From NCBI GenBank assembly GCA_964609895.1, contig CAZSTG010000002.1, forward strand, positions 3,362 through 67,361: a stretch of DNA of 64,000 bases, read 5' to 3'. The position numbers were made by a program, and so were the translations under genes. The DNA comes from an uncultured Gammaproteobacteria bacterium. GTDB lineage: Bacteria > Patescibacteriota > Microgenomatia > UBA10105 > UBA927. This document shows positions 1 through 9,319 of this stretch, in pieces (position 1 is the first letter of the stretch; the number at the start of each line of letters is the position of its first letter). The notes beneath the pieces were generated by a model. That model was not told the DNA's origin. It saw only the letters and a program-made list of their open reading frames with translations, and did no database searches.

Positions 1-315
1 CTGTATGGTTACGGTTGGTGCAGTGAGGTCACCTGCCATACTTGCCGGTATATCGGAAGCAAAAAACGGGGTCGGGGTCGGGGTAGCATTGGCAAGTGCC
101 AGATTTTTTTCAAAATCCTCGGTAAAATTTGCGCTCATGGTGGCCGCTTCCGTTTCTGACAGTGTTTGCGGTTGTTCCTGCCACGACGGCTCAATTTCCG
201 CACCCGTCGTTTTTTCCCGTTCCTTGAGAAAGGAGGGAATGATGATGGCCGACCACAATCCAAGCGATATGCAAAGAAGTATGATGCTGACGAGGCGGAT
301 GGTATTTTTGCTCAT
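1..315 (-). CDS. Hypothetical membrane-anchored protein, 5' part only (continues beyond window start)
   Basis: ATG at 315 overlaps the stop of the upstream gene (ATGA coupling). An N-terminal hydrophobic segment (LVSIILLCISLGLWSAIII) is followed by a Thr/Pro-rich region. The frame stays open to position 1. Confidence 0.4.
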   Translation of the reverse strand, partial: MSKNTIRLVSIILLCISLGLWSAIIIPSFLKEREKTTGAEIEPSWQEQPQTLSETEAATMSANFTEDFEKNLALANATPTPTPFFASDIPASMAGDLTAPTVTIQ

Positions 316-3212
316 ATTCTTTTGTTGATGATAAAGAGAAAGGGAACAGGAATCAAGAGGAAACCGATCCATTCCAGAAGTTGCGGCAGAAAAAAGATGA
401 CAATGGTCATTTGTTCATTGGTCTTGATTGGGTTATTGGTCGGATTTGTTATTGTCCAGCCATTTGCCCAGTTGTTGATGAGGACGTGGTTTGTTAGTTC
501 TTTTCCAAACAAAAATGGTGCGAATTCAAAAAGCTGTTGCGGAATTTTTTTGGATTTTTTGGTATAGGCATGCCAGCCGGAATCAAATGCCTGAGAGAGG
601 ACAAGGGTGGACGGCTCCTGTATTTTTTGAGTGATTTGTGCACTGTAATAGGCTGGATTTGGGTGGTGTAGTGCAGGAAGCGTCACCGTTTCTTCTTTGA
701 CAGCACCAAACTGTATTTTTGTATTGACAATGGTGTTATATGGAATTTGGATGAGCCGGATTTTTGCTATGTCGTTTATCGTTGCTTCCTGTCCGATGGA
801 AAGATTATCAAATGTTATCGTATATCCCATGCCGAATGCATCCATAGGAGGGATGACAAAGTAAGATGTTTGCCATGTGGTGTCCGTTATGTTTTTTCCT
901 GTGACAAATGTTTCCATGAATGTACGTTTCGTGTCTTTATTGGTTATAGAAACAGAGAGTCTTCTTCCTGTGATATGGCGCGTTTCAATTGCAAGTAAAT
1001 ATCCTTGTCGTTGAGCAATCAAAGGAAGGTAAATATCCAGACAGTTACTCGCTTTTTTGCTGAAAAACCGTTCAAATGTTTTATTCTGCTCCTGCATATG
1101 GTCGCGTGTATATACCTCAACGCGTAATGGGTCGCATGACCGTACGGTTTGTTCAAATGGATTGGTGACTGTGCTGTCATAGACGACGGTATCGGGATTG
1201 ACAGGCACTGTGGTGGAGTTGCCGATTTGTACCGTATTCGCTGCTTCATAAATCGGAAATGCGCGTTCACTTTGATCACGACCTGTAAATACTGTTCGTT
1301 CCGGATAAAAAATATCGTAGGCTGCAGTTGTATCTGTTTTATATATACCTGTTGCAGTGGCCGCAACGTCATTGTCATTAAAGGAATATGCTGGTCCTAT
1401 ATTTGGAACGTTTGTGACAACAGTCACCGGTGAAGCAACAGCTGTCTGCACGTGATAGAGGGTGATGCGGCCGAATTTTTCCGCTTTTTGTATTTCCGGC
1501 AGTTTTGTAAGTACCGTATCGAATTGGGTTAGATACAACGCCTTGTCATTTACCGCATGAATAATGTGTTCATCGAAAAGAATCCAGTGAATATCGTATT
1601 TTTTTACAATTGCTCTGAATTGTTCTGCGTTGCTTGCATATACAGCCTGTGTAAGTTCCCAATATACATTTTCATTTTTGTCGCTCCATGGATCAAACGC
1701 CCTATCAATGGTTGCCTGTGGGATACCAAACCATGTAAATCCTGATCCGATAACACCCCACCTATATTGTGTCCACGCCCAATACCACGGCATTGGATAG
1801 ATGAGGACGCGTTCGGATACCGGCCGTTTTTGAAAGAAAGAAAATACATCAAAATATTCCTGTGGAATGCGTACTCGTAGATTTCTGAATACAAAATTTC
1901 CGGTAAATGAGGGTAGTGTTGTTGCGCCGAGCAGAAACAGTGTGGTAAGGAAAAGGCCGAGTGTGACCACTAATGTCCGTTTTTTTGTCAAGAGTTTTGT
2001 GATCGTTATGATTCCGGAAACCGCCATGAGCCCTGTGGTAAGGGCAAACAAAAAGAAAAATTTGGTAAATACGAAACGGAAAATATCCCCAAAAAGTGGA
2101 ATATATGCGCGGAGAAAATCAACTGCCTGCCTGATAACCGGTATATCGTTGCCTATGAAAAATACGGAAAGACAGTATAAGCATGCAGCAACACACCACC
2201 ATAACCCAGAGGAAATTCCACCGATGACGCCGATAAAAGCGATGCCAAAAAGTATCCAAGAAAATGTTGTCATATATGGAGATGCATTGTGTGAAATCCA
2301 CGGAAGAAGCATGAAATTAACGCTCGATGTAGTGAAGTCATATTGCATGTATTGCATAGAAAAACTGTTCATTAAAGCAACACTTGTAATATCACCAAAT
2401 GCCCTGTTTTTTTGGAAGGTGTCTTCCGTTGAAATCTGATTGTTCTTAGACTCGGTGATGGTACTCGCGCCATGGAGTGTTGCGTATGCAAAAGGGATAC
2501 CCCAAAACGCGTTGACGCAAAATGTAATGACGAGCATGATGATACAAGTCTTCCATGCGCGCATGTTGGAAGCGACGAGTTTTCCGACAAGGAGTACTGT
2601 AAGCACCATACAGTACACGATAAACACCGTAGGAACATGTGCCTGCGGAGTGGAAAGAAAAGAGACAATGGTAAAGAGCAGAAAATGCTTTTTCGTCGGC
2701 TGATCAAGGAGCTGGATTGCAGTGCGTATGAGCCATGGTAATGCCGCAAAATGCGTGATAAACACCTCAAACGGTAGATAATACATCTGTACCGTTGCAA
2801 AGCAATATTGATAGACAAGTGTGCCTATGAGTGAGAGAAGCGCGCTCATGTTTTGTTTTTTTGTGAGATACCGGAGGAGCGTGTAGATACCAATTCCTCC
2901 TACAAGATGGGTAAAGAAAATGAAAAAATAGCGAAGTAAGTGCTGTGGTAGTACAAATGATACGAGCCAGAGAAAACAATAATGGACAAGATTTGCCGCG
3001 TGTGACATGCCATCCATCAGTCCGAGTCCGCGGTATTCCTGCCAGACAGAGGAGAGTGTACGGTTCAGATTAAGTGAAAAATTGAATTCAGGAAACATGT
3101 TGTCCCAGCCGACAACATACGTATTCGGGGAAAAGTTTGTGAGAAAAAGGATTGTTTCAAGAGCAATGATGATACACACGGGCCACCATTGATTGAGGGT
3201 TCGCTTGATCAT
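312..3212 (-). CDS. Large polytopic membrane protein with C-terminal extracytoplasmic domain (YfhO/ArnT-like glycosyltransferase-like; family uncertain)
   Basis: 966-aa ORF with roughly 12 hydrophobic helices in the N-terminal 450 aa and a WDNMFPEF motif near the start. It sits next to a GT2 gene. Confidence 0.55.
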   Translation of the reverse strand: MIKRTLNQWWPVCIIIALETILFLTNFSPNTYVVGWDNMFPEFNFSLNLNRTLSSVWQEYRGLGLMDGMSHAANLVHYCFLWLVSFVLPQHLLRYFFIFFTHLVGGIGIYTLLRYLTKKQNMSALLSLIGTLVYQYCFATVQMYYLPFEVFITHFAALPWLIRTAIQLLDQPTKKHFLLFTIVSFLSTPQAHVPTVFIVYCMVLTVLLVGKLVASNMRAWKTCIIMLVITFCVNAFWGIPFAYATLHGASTITESKNNQISTEDTFQKNRAFGDITSVALMNSFSMQYMQYDFTTSSVNFMLLPWISHNASPYMTTFSWILFGIAFIGVIGGISSGLWWCVAACLYCLSVFFIGNDIPVIRQAVDFLRAYIPLFGDIFRFVFTKFFFLFALTTGLMAVSGIITITKLLTKKRTLVVTLGLFLTTLFLLGATTLPSFTGNFVFRNLRVRIPQEYFDVFSFFQKRPVSERVLIYPMPWYWAWTQYRWGVIGSGFTWFGIPQATIDRAFDPWSDKNENVYWELTQAVYASNAEQFRAIVKKYDIHWILFDEHIIHAVNDKALYLTQFDTVLTKLPEIQKAEKFGRITLYHVQTAVASPVTVVTNVPNIGPAYSFNDNDVAATATGIYKTDTTAAYDIFYPERTVFTGRDQSERAFPIYEAANTVQIGNSTTVPVNPDTVVYDSTVTNPFEQTVRSCDPLRVEVYTRDHMQEQNKTFERFFSKKASNCLDIYLPLIAQRQGYLLAIETRHITGRRLSVSITNKDTKRTFMETFVTGKNITDTTWQTSYFVIPPMDAFGMGYTITFDNLSIGQEATINDIAKIRLIQIPYNTIVNTKIQFGAVKEETVTLPALHHPNPAYYSAQITQKIQEPSTLVLSQAFDSGWHAYTKKSKKIPQQLFEFAPFLFGKELTNHVLINNWANGWTITNPTNNPIKTNEQMTIVIFFLPQLLEWIGFLLIPVPFLFIINKRI

Positions 3213-3229
3213 ATGTCAGGACAAAAGAG

Positions 3230-4210
3230 TTATCCGTTTATAGTATATCGGATTTTTGGAACTTGGATATGTGGAAACAGATGCGCTAAGCGGGCAAGTA
3301 TTTTCTTTATCTTTTTTATCGGAGAGTTCATGCCGCGAAATCCCATGTAGAGCGGTACGATGATTTGTTCAGGAAGGAGTGAAACGATGATAAACTGCAT
3401 GGTCATAATCACTAAACTGGTGAGTGGGATAGCATAGTGCAATTTTTTAATCGCTTCCATACGAATGTGTATGGAATTCATGAATTTCTGCTTCGGGTGC
3501 TGCAATGACAAATTATTTCCATGAATACGGTATTTCAGCAGATATTCCGGAAGATTGGCAAATTGACCGTACGGAAGCAGGGAAAAGAAAGTGTAATAAT
3601 CGTCGTTTACATCCCATTTCATGGCATAGATTTTGTTTCTGTCCGGCAGCATGCTTCTCCTTAGCATGACGGAGGGGTGAATCATCGGGTGAAGAATGCC
3701 GTACATCCGGTAAATTTCTTTATTGGAGGTTGGCATGTTTTTCGTTCCCGTAATTTTCCCGTTTCCGTCGATGATCCTTGCTTGTGTGCCCACGAGTATA
3801 GTGAGCGGGTGGGCGAGGAGATACGCAACCTGCTTTTCAATTCTTGTGGCATAGGAAACGTCATCCGCGTCCATGCGTGCGATGAATTCGCCTTTTGCAT
3901 ACGGAAGAGCAAAGTTTGTCGCTCCGTTTCCTGCTGAGTTCGTCTTCACCTTTGTTCGGAAGATCCGTATTTGTTTCGGATAGCGTTTTTTATATGACCG
4001 GATGATCTTCCAGGAGTTGTCGGTTGAACAGTCATCCACGATCAGAAGCTCAAGACGTGTATAGGTTTGTTTGAGAATACTGTCAATTGCTTCCGGCAAA
4101 AAGCGTTCGGTATTATGTACCGGCATAATGACGGAAACGAGTGGCGTAGTCGCGTTTGACGCGATTCGTTTTGTCTTTTTCATATGTTTTTTGTTAGTTT
4201 TTTGTGTCAT
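3230..4210 (-). CDS. Family 2 glycosyltransferase
   Basis: VSVIMPVHNTERFLPEAIDSILKQTY...LLIVDDCSTDNS...ARMDADDVS is a GT2 N-terminal Rossmann fold with DxD motifs. A C-terminal TM segment is present. Confidence 0.85.
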   Translation of the reverse strand: MTQKTNKKHMKKTKRIASNATTPLVSVIMPVHNTERFLPEAIDSILKQTYTRLELLIVDDCSTDNSWKIIRSYKKRYPKQIRIFRTKVKTNSAGNGATNFALPYAKGEFIARMDADDVSYATRIEKQVAYLLAHPLTILVGTQARIIDGNGKITGTKNMPTSNKEIYRMYGILHPMIHPSVMLRRSMLPDRNKIYAMKWDVNDDYYTFFSLLPYGQFANLPEYLLKYRIHGNNLSLQHPKQKFMNSIHIRMEAIKKLHYAIPLTSLVIMTMQFIIVSLLPEQIIVPLYMGFRGMNSPIKKIKKILARLAHLFPHIQVPKIRYTING

Positions 4211-4516
4211 ATATTCGCTTTAGCCAGCAATACGTTGTGTATAAAAACGCCTGCCTTCGTTTTAGTACTTGGTATCACTGGCTAGAGTGATGCGCGAATA
4301 TAGAGGATTATTTTTTGATTTTCCGGTTAAGGAAAGAAAAAATAGTCATATATTCGCGCGGATCACACATTCGTGAAGTTTAGGGCGACATAAGTCGCAA
4401 ACTAGAAACTTCTTGTGCACCTTATGTAAGGTGTTGTCTTCGTTGATAAAAATTTCTATCAACGTAGTACTATTCAATTGTTTTGGACCGTCGCGTACGC
4501 GTCGGTCAATCATGGT

Positions 4517-5959
4517 TTAGTTCGCAGGCTGCCAGGAAATACCGGCTGAGAGACGATCTTCGCCATGATAGGTAAACGTTCCTGCCGGTACATTGAAGTA
4601 CTGGCATGATCCGTCAGGGCTGGATAATGTGGCTTCGCCGGTGACGTTTCCGTTACAGAATAAAACTGTTCCAGGTTTCGTCGTGGTGAAGATGATGTTC
4701 TTCAAGGTTCCAAAATCTTGCATCATGGAAACCATTGAGGGTACCATCATGATCTCAACACCTTCAGGGCCTGCCCACGTCGCGGTATCTCCGGAGATCT
4801 TCCAATAACCGGTATATTCCACGATTTGTGCTTCAGTCATTCCCGCCCAGCCGCTTGCTGTAAATCTGACTCCGAATCCTGCGATTGGTGAGTTAGCATT
4901 GTCTTGAATAACATGCCACCCAGCATTGATTGCAACACGTTTTCCGCATTCACCAGCCTTTACGCCGAGAATATCGGATAATGGTGTGCCATCAAGCGTT
5001 CCCAAGGCGCATGTTTCCAACTGAGCTTCTTTGCCCAGATAGAAAATGACTTTGGTGATATCACCGTTTCGCATCAGATCCAGAGGGCCGGGGTCGCCGT
5101 TTCCAAAATTGCCGTCAGCTTCCGTGATGTCCTCTGAACCATCAGTTGGTCCGTACCACATCATAATGCCTTTGTCGATTTTGGACGTGTCCCAGCAAAG
5201 CCCTGCGCAAATCTCCGGGAAACCGTCTTCACCAGCCGAATACATTTCCGGTTGATCGGGAAGCGGTTCACCCCAAATTTCTTCTGCAAGTGCTTTGTTG
5301 TCGTCACTGGAAGCTACAGGAGTAGCTTCTGGTGTTTCGGCAACATCAGGTGCTTCGGTTGCATCAGGTGCTTCGGTTGCATCGGGTGCTTCGGTTGCAT
5401 CAGGTGCTTCGGTTGCATCGGGTGCTTCGGTTGCATCTGGTGCTTCAGTCACTTCGGCAGCAGGCGCTTCCGTTGCTTTGCCTTCTGGGGTTGTTGCATC
5501 GCGGCCGGACCAGCGGATGATGATGGCTCCGATGACAGCGATTACAAGGAAGAACAAAATCCAGTTACGCAGTTTACGGTGTTCAGCCCAGAATGCTTTC
5601 CAACGTTGACCGAATGTTGGTTTTTCAACCTCTTCCTGCTCTTCGTCGTCAGGATCAGTGTGAGCAGGTACAGGGGGAACGGGTGCTGGAATGGGAGCAG
5701 CATCAACGGTCAGGACGAATTCCTTTTCCGCCAAAACCTTGTTGGTTTTATCAAGGATTTGGTAGATAATCGGGAAATCTCCGGCTGTTTCGGGTGTGCC
5801 GACCAAGACAGTGCCTTCGAACAGTCTCATGCCTTTAGGCAGAACACCGATCACGTTGAACACGGCGCCAGCTGGAAGACCAGCAATATCAAATTCCTGC
5901 TGATATTCCTCTCCAATCTTGCCTTTTGGCAAGGTCGTGCTATTGATAACAGTAGCCAT
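4517..5959 (-). CDS. Single-pass membrane protein with N-terminal putative Ig-like domain, (PDATEA)x7 tandem repeat linker and ~290-aa C-terminal domain of unknown function
   Basis: Start chosen at MATVINS (ATG at 5959) with a GGAGGA RBS. A TM segment (WILFFLVIAVIGAIIIRW) and seven copies of EAPDAT from an 18-nt DNA tandem repeat are present. Confidence 0.65.
   Translation of the reverse strand: MATVINSTTLPKGKIGEEYQQEFDIAGLPAGAVFNVIGVLPKGMRLFEGTVLVGTPETAGDFPIIYQILDKTNKVLAEKEFVLTVDAAPIPAPVPPVPAHTDPDDEEQEEVEKPTFGQRWKAFWAEHRKLRNWILFFLVIAVIGAIIIRWSGRDATTPEGKATEAPAAEVTEAPDATEAPDATEAPDATEAPDATEAPDATEAPDVAETPEATPVASSDDNKALAEEIWGEPLPDQPEMYSAGEDGFPEICAGLCWDTSKIDKGIMMWYGPTDGSEDITEADGNFGNGDPGPLDLMRNGDITKVIFYLGKEAQLETCALGTLDGTPLSDILGVKAGECGKRVAINAGWHVIQDNANSPIAGFGVRFTASGWAGMTEAQIVEYTGYWKISGDTATWAGPEGVEIMMVPSMVSMMQDFGTLKNIIFTTTKPGTVLFCNGNVTGEATLSSPDGSCQYFNVPAGTFTYHGEDRLSAGISWQPAN
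5348..5473. repeat. 18-nt tandem repeat (ggtgcttcggttgcatca) x ~7 inside CDS
   Basis: Direct reading of the sequence shows near-identical 18-mers in tandem that encode PDATEA repeats on the minus strand. Confidence 0.85.
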
Positions 5960-6417
5960 TGTATCCTCCGATATATGGTTTGTTGCTATGGTATTGTTTT
6001 GTTTTACCCAAAAGTCGTAACAAAACAATGGTTTTTACTTTTACCCTAACGGGACAGTGAGTAAAAACAGATAGTATCGATAGTTGTATTGGGCATCGAT
6101 TTCCCAGACAGCGCCTGACACAGTAGGTATCAAGCGGTTTCTGGGAACGATATTCCAAGAACCATCAAAACCGTATGGTTGGAAGATAACAATTGAATAG
6201 ATATTGTGAATGTGCAATTCGTACTAACTCGGTATGTTCAGCGATAAACGCGATTGCTTATGTTTAAACAGTACCTCGTTCGTACGACCCGACCTTTTTT
6301 ACGGGTCAGGAACAGATAGTGAAGTCCTCACTACCTGCTTCTGACCATCACCCTACGGGTGTCGTCACCCGTACACTGTTTTTTGATGATTCAAAACAGT
6401 TACGAATTGACAAAAAA

Positions 6418-6445
6418 TAAACCGGCTGTTACGCCGGTTCTTTGT
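6418..6445. terminator. Bidirectional rho-independent terminator (aaccggc-tgtta-gccggtt with flanking A/T runs)
   Basis: A 7-bp GC-rich stem has an A-run upstream and a T-containing run downstream. It lies 3' of minus-strand gene 6501..7151. Confidence 0.5.
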
Positions 6446-6500
6446 TAAAAAATTGTTCGCTATCACCGGCAGGAATAGTGAACACTATTTTTATGTGTGT

Positions 6501-7151
6501 TTATTTATTTTTTTTCAAAAGAGCGATACCAATACCCCCAAGTGACAGGAAGGGGATCATGGCAATGACATCGTTAAATCCCGCAACAGGCAAGGTTGTT
6601 GCGCCATTGATTCTGGTTGTCATACAAAATTCTGCTGTGTCATCATCACCGTTTGGCCGAGCTGGTGCCGTCACAGTTGCATAGTTTGATGCACAGAAGA
6701 AGCTTTGATCGTTCGCGAATGCATTTTTGTCGGCAACCCGTGCGGTCACTTCAATTTCCTGTGTGTCACCAGCGGGGAGGTTGTCGAGTGTCATGACAAG
6801 TCTTCGTTTTCCTGCATCATACTCGCCTTTGACAGTTGAGCCTGTGTAAGTCAGATAGTCGGGTAATTGATCGACGATTTTGACGGATGAAAATGTTTCA
6901 CCGCTTGTGTTTTTGATAATGAGTTTGAATACAATGATGCCATCCGGAGAAAATGTTGGATCGGTTGATCCAAGATTTTCTACATAAGAATTTGTTATAG
7001 GATTTTTAACTTCTTTATCAATGGTCAGATCTGTCGGATAGTTGCATGTGGTGCCATACGAACCGTATGTGCAGTCGGCAACCACTGGAGTTGCGAAAAA
7101 GCTTGTTAGAGCAAATACAAATGCTGCAAGACAAAAAGTTATGTGTTTCAT
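6501..7151 (-). CDS. Secreted surface protein with DUF11-like repeat domain and C-terminal LPVAG sorting signal (sortase substrate)
   Basis: An N-terminal signal peptide (MKHITFCLAAFVFALTSFFATPVVA) is present. The C-terminus reads TTLPVAGF, then a hydrophobic stretch, then KKNK, which is the classic cell-wall sorting signal architecture. Confidence 0.6.
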   Translation of the reverse strand: MKHITFCLAAFVFALTSFFATPVVADCTYGSYGTTCNYPTDLTIDKEVKNPITNSYVENLGSTDPTFSPDGIIVFKLIIKNTSGETFSSVKIVDQLPDYLTYTGSTVKGEYDAGKRRLVMTLDNLPAGDTQEIEVTARVADKNAFANDQSFFCASNYATVTAPARPNGDDDTAEFCMTTRINGATTLPVAGFNDVIAMIPFLSLGGIGIALLKKNK

Positions 7152-7242
7152 AATTTTTTACAAAAAATCTCCTTACATCAGGAGAGGTTGACAGTATAAC
7201 ATAACTATAGGATTATGTCAAGTCTCTCACTGTTTTGACACG

Positions 7243-7971
7243 TTATTTGATTTTTTCGGTTTGTACAAGATCAGCTAATACCAGCAATCGCTCAGTGGTG
7301 GATCCCGGCGGCCAGCAGGTCTGGAGAATGAGCATTTGTTTGCCTTCCATGGGCGCCATATAAGAAACAGCTTCAGGAGATACCACCCGTTTTTCTGTGA
7401 GTTTGTAGGTGTATTCCGTTCCTTTATATATAAGGACGATGAGGTCTCCTTCTGTGAGATTTTTCAGGAGGTAGAACACCGCATTGAGGTCTTTGACAAA
7501 CCATTCATAGTTGGTGGAATGGGAAAAGATATAGACAGCGCCCTGTTCATTGGGAAAATAACTCGTTGCGGCATGCGCGACGCCTTCCTGCAGTGCCTTG
7601 CTGTACTGTTCTTGGTTTGTCGGATCTACGGCGGGTAAAACCGGCGTATTGATACCGATTTTCGGTACAATGAGGCTGAATTCCGTATTGACTGGGGTAA
7701 TGACGTTGCCTTCAGGATCAATCAGTGGATTGAATATCAAAGGAACTGCCGTCGGCATGGGTTTGTTGTCATTGAATTTTGAAGCGATGAAATGTATTGC
7801 GCGCGGAATCTGATATCCGAGTTCCTGACTTGCTGAGGGCAATACGGAATGTGTAATGCCGCCGAAGGCAAGTGCAATAAGTCCAAGACCGATAGTTTTC
7901 CAATTTCGGGCGAGTTGGTTTCGTTGTGCTTTCTTATTCCGATAGGATAAATAGGCAGTATATGCTTCCAT
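7243..7971 (-). CDS. Sortase-family transpeptidase
   Basis: An N-terminal TM anchor is present. The C-terminal motif reads LILQTCWPP...TTERL, the TLxTC catalytic Cys followed by the conserved Arg. The gene is adjacent to the LPVAG substrate gene. Confidence 0.55.
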   Translation of the reverse strand: MEAYTAYLSYRNKKAQRNQLARNWKTIGLGLIALAFGGITHSVLPSASQELGYQIPRAIHFIASKFNDNKPMPTAVPLIFNPLIDPEGNVITPVNTEFSLIVPKIGINTPVLPAVDPTNQEQYSKALQEGVAHAATSYFPNEQGAVYIFSHSTNYEWFVKDLNAVFYLLKNLTEGDLIVLIYKGTEYTYKLTEKRVVSPEAVSYMAPMEGKQMLILQTCWPPGSTTERLLVLADLVQTEKIK

Positions 7972-8030
7972 ATGACCCCTTTTTTGGGTAAGGACGGAAG
8001 TATAGCAGAAAGACCTATAATTTGCAACTC

Positions 8031-8085
8031 GGAGAGGGTCTGACCCTCGCGCGAAGCTAATTTTTCGAGGGTCAGACCCTCTCCA
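8031..8085. repeat. REP doublet (BIME-like): GGAGAGGGTCTGACCCTC - spacer gcgcgaagctaattttt - GAGGGTCAGACCCTCTCC
   Basis: Two inverted copies of the 15-nt palindrome GAGGGTC(A/T)GACCCTC are present. The same element recurs about 10 times in the window. Confidence 0.85.
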
Positions 8086-8091
8086 AGGAGT

Positions 8092-8577
8092 TTAGGAAGC
8101 TTTTGCTTTGCCTTGCCATTCAAGCTTGACGTCTTCATTAACGACTTGTTCTGCCAGTTTGACTGCAGCGTCATAGTTGCCGACGCGTATATAACTGGCG
8201 ACCATATCACTTGCTTTGTTTGCTATATTCTTTTCGTAACTTTGTGCGTAGGGCAGAACGATGGGGGAAAGCTCCGCACAGCTGTCATCCAGTTTGAAAA
8301 TAGCCTTGTAGAGCTGTTCCCAGTTCATACCGGGTTGCAATAGTTCGAGGGTCACTTGCGAGATCTGCTGGCCTCGTGCTTCGGTCATGGTGCCCGCAGC
8401 AACACTCTGTTTGATGAGTTCCACCACTGCAAGTTCTATTTCTTCTCGTACATCATCGGGAGACATATATTCAGTATGAAGTATTTGCAACATGGTAGCA
8501 AGTATAGCGGTTGATTTTACTATAGGGCTTATAGCATACTCCGAACATCTCGTTTTTCCTTTGTTGTCGTGCGACAA
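8092..8577 (-). CDS. Hypothetical protein
   Basis: ORF with no recognisable motif. The real start may be an internal Met. Confidence 0.45.
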   Translation of the reverse strand: MSHDNKGKTRCSEYAISPIVKSTAILATMLQILHTEYMSPDDVREEIELAVVELIKQSVAAGTMTEARGQQISQVTLELLQPGMNWEQLYKAIFKLDDSCAELSPIVLPYAQSYEKNIANKASDMVASYIRVGNYDAAVKLAEQVVNEDVKLEWQGKAKAS

Positions 8578-8672
8578 CGTTTTTTAAGGGGAAAAGTGAT
8601 ATTTTGCTCTTTGCCAACGTTTGAGATCATATTGTTTCATTCCGTCTACATTATTAGGGAAGGATTCGTATC

Positions 8673-9074
8673 ATGAAGAAGACAATTAAACAATATGTGT
8701 ACGATTTTGCAACAAAGAAGTTGACTGAGGTAACGCAGGCGCCTTCGTTCATTCCGGCAGATGTCCAAAAGCAAGTAATTGCTGCGGTAGAACAAAGCAA
8801 AGAAAAGCAACTGTTTGTATACTTTTGGAAGAAAAATGAGCGGATGATGGGTGTCTGTCTTACGGGAAAAGAAGTCCCTACTGACATTCTTCCATCAGTT
8901 ATTGAAGATGCCGAATCTAGGCATAGAAGTAGTTCTATAACCACCGATTTGCTGTCTGTCTTGTTGGAACTGGAACTCGTTTCTTCCTTGGCTGGGCTTC
9001 TGCAGGAATTTGAACCTGATTGCGCTACGTGCAAAAGCATCACGTGTCGAAAAAGCCCTATGTACAAGAAATAG
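8673..9074 (+). CDS. Hypothetical protein
   Basis: ORF divergent from 8092..8577. A C-terminal CATCKSITC cysteine cluster is present. Confidence 0.4.
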   Translation: MKKTIKQYVYDFATKKLTEVTQAPSFIPADVQKQVIAAVEQSKEKQLFVYFWKKNERMMGVCLTGKEVPTDILPSVIEDAESRHRSSSITTDLLSVLLELELVSSLAGLLQEFEPDCATCKSITCRKSPMYKK

Positions 9075-9218
9075 ATTTGTCTCAAACAATGTATTCTGTT
9101 GATTTTTGATCTCCCGTCTTGGCAAAGACAAACCAGTATGTATATTGGTAGATTTTTTATTGGTTTTGACCACGCCGCTTGCGAGAAGCAATTTTTGCAA
9201 AGGCGTGGTTATTTTTTT

Positions 9219-9273
9219 GGGAGAGGGTCAGACCCTCTCTTTTTTGAAGCTACGCGAGGGTCAGACCCTCTCC
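9219..9273. repeat. REP doublet (spacer tcttttttgaagctacgcga)
   Basis: Same palindrome pair as at 8031 but with the type-B spacer. Confidence 0.85.
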
Positions 9274-9319
9274 AAGGGTTCTTTCATCATCTGTGCGTAT
9301 ACGGTATACTAAGATTCTT

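Noticed and set aside
1-328. 107-aa plus-strand ORF at window start
   Set aside because: The minus-strand frame gives a better gene: an ATGA start/stop overlap with the upstream membrane protein and a clean signal-anchor. The plus-strand ORF has no RBS or motif.
5252-6049. 265-aa plus-strand ORF with CFGCI(R/G)CFGC repeats
   Set aside because: It is the mirror-frame translation of the 18-nt tandem repeat and antisense to the better-supported membrane protein, which has an RBS and start at 5959.
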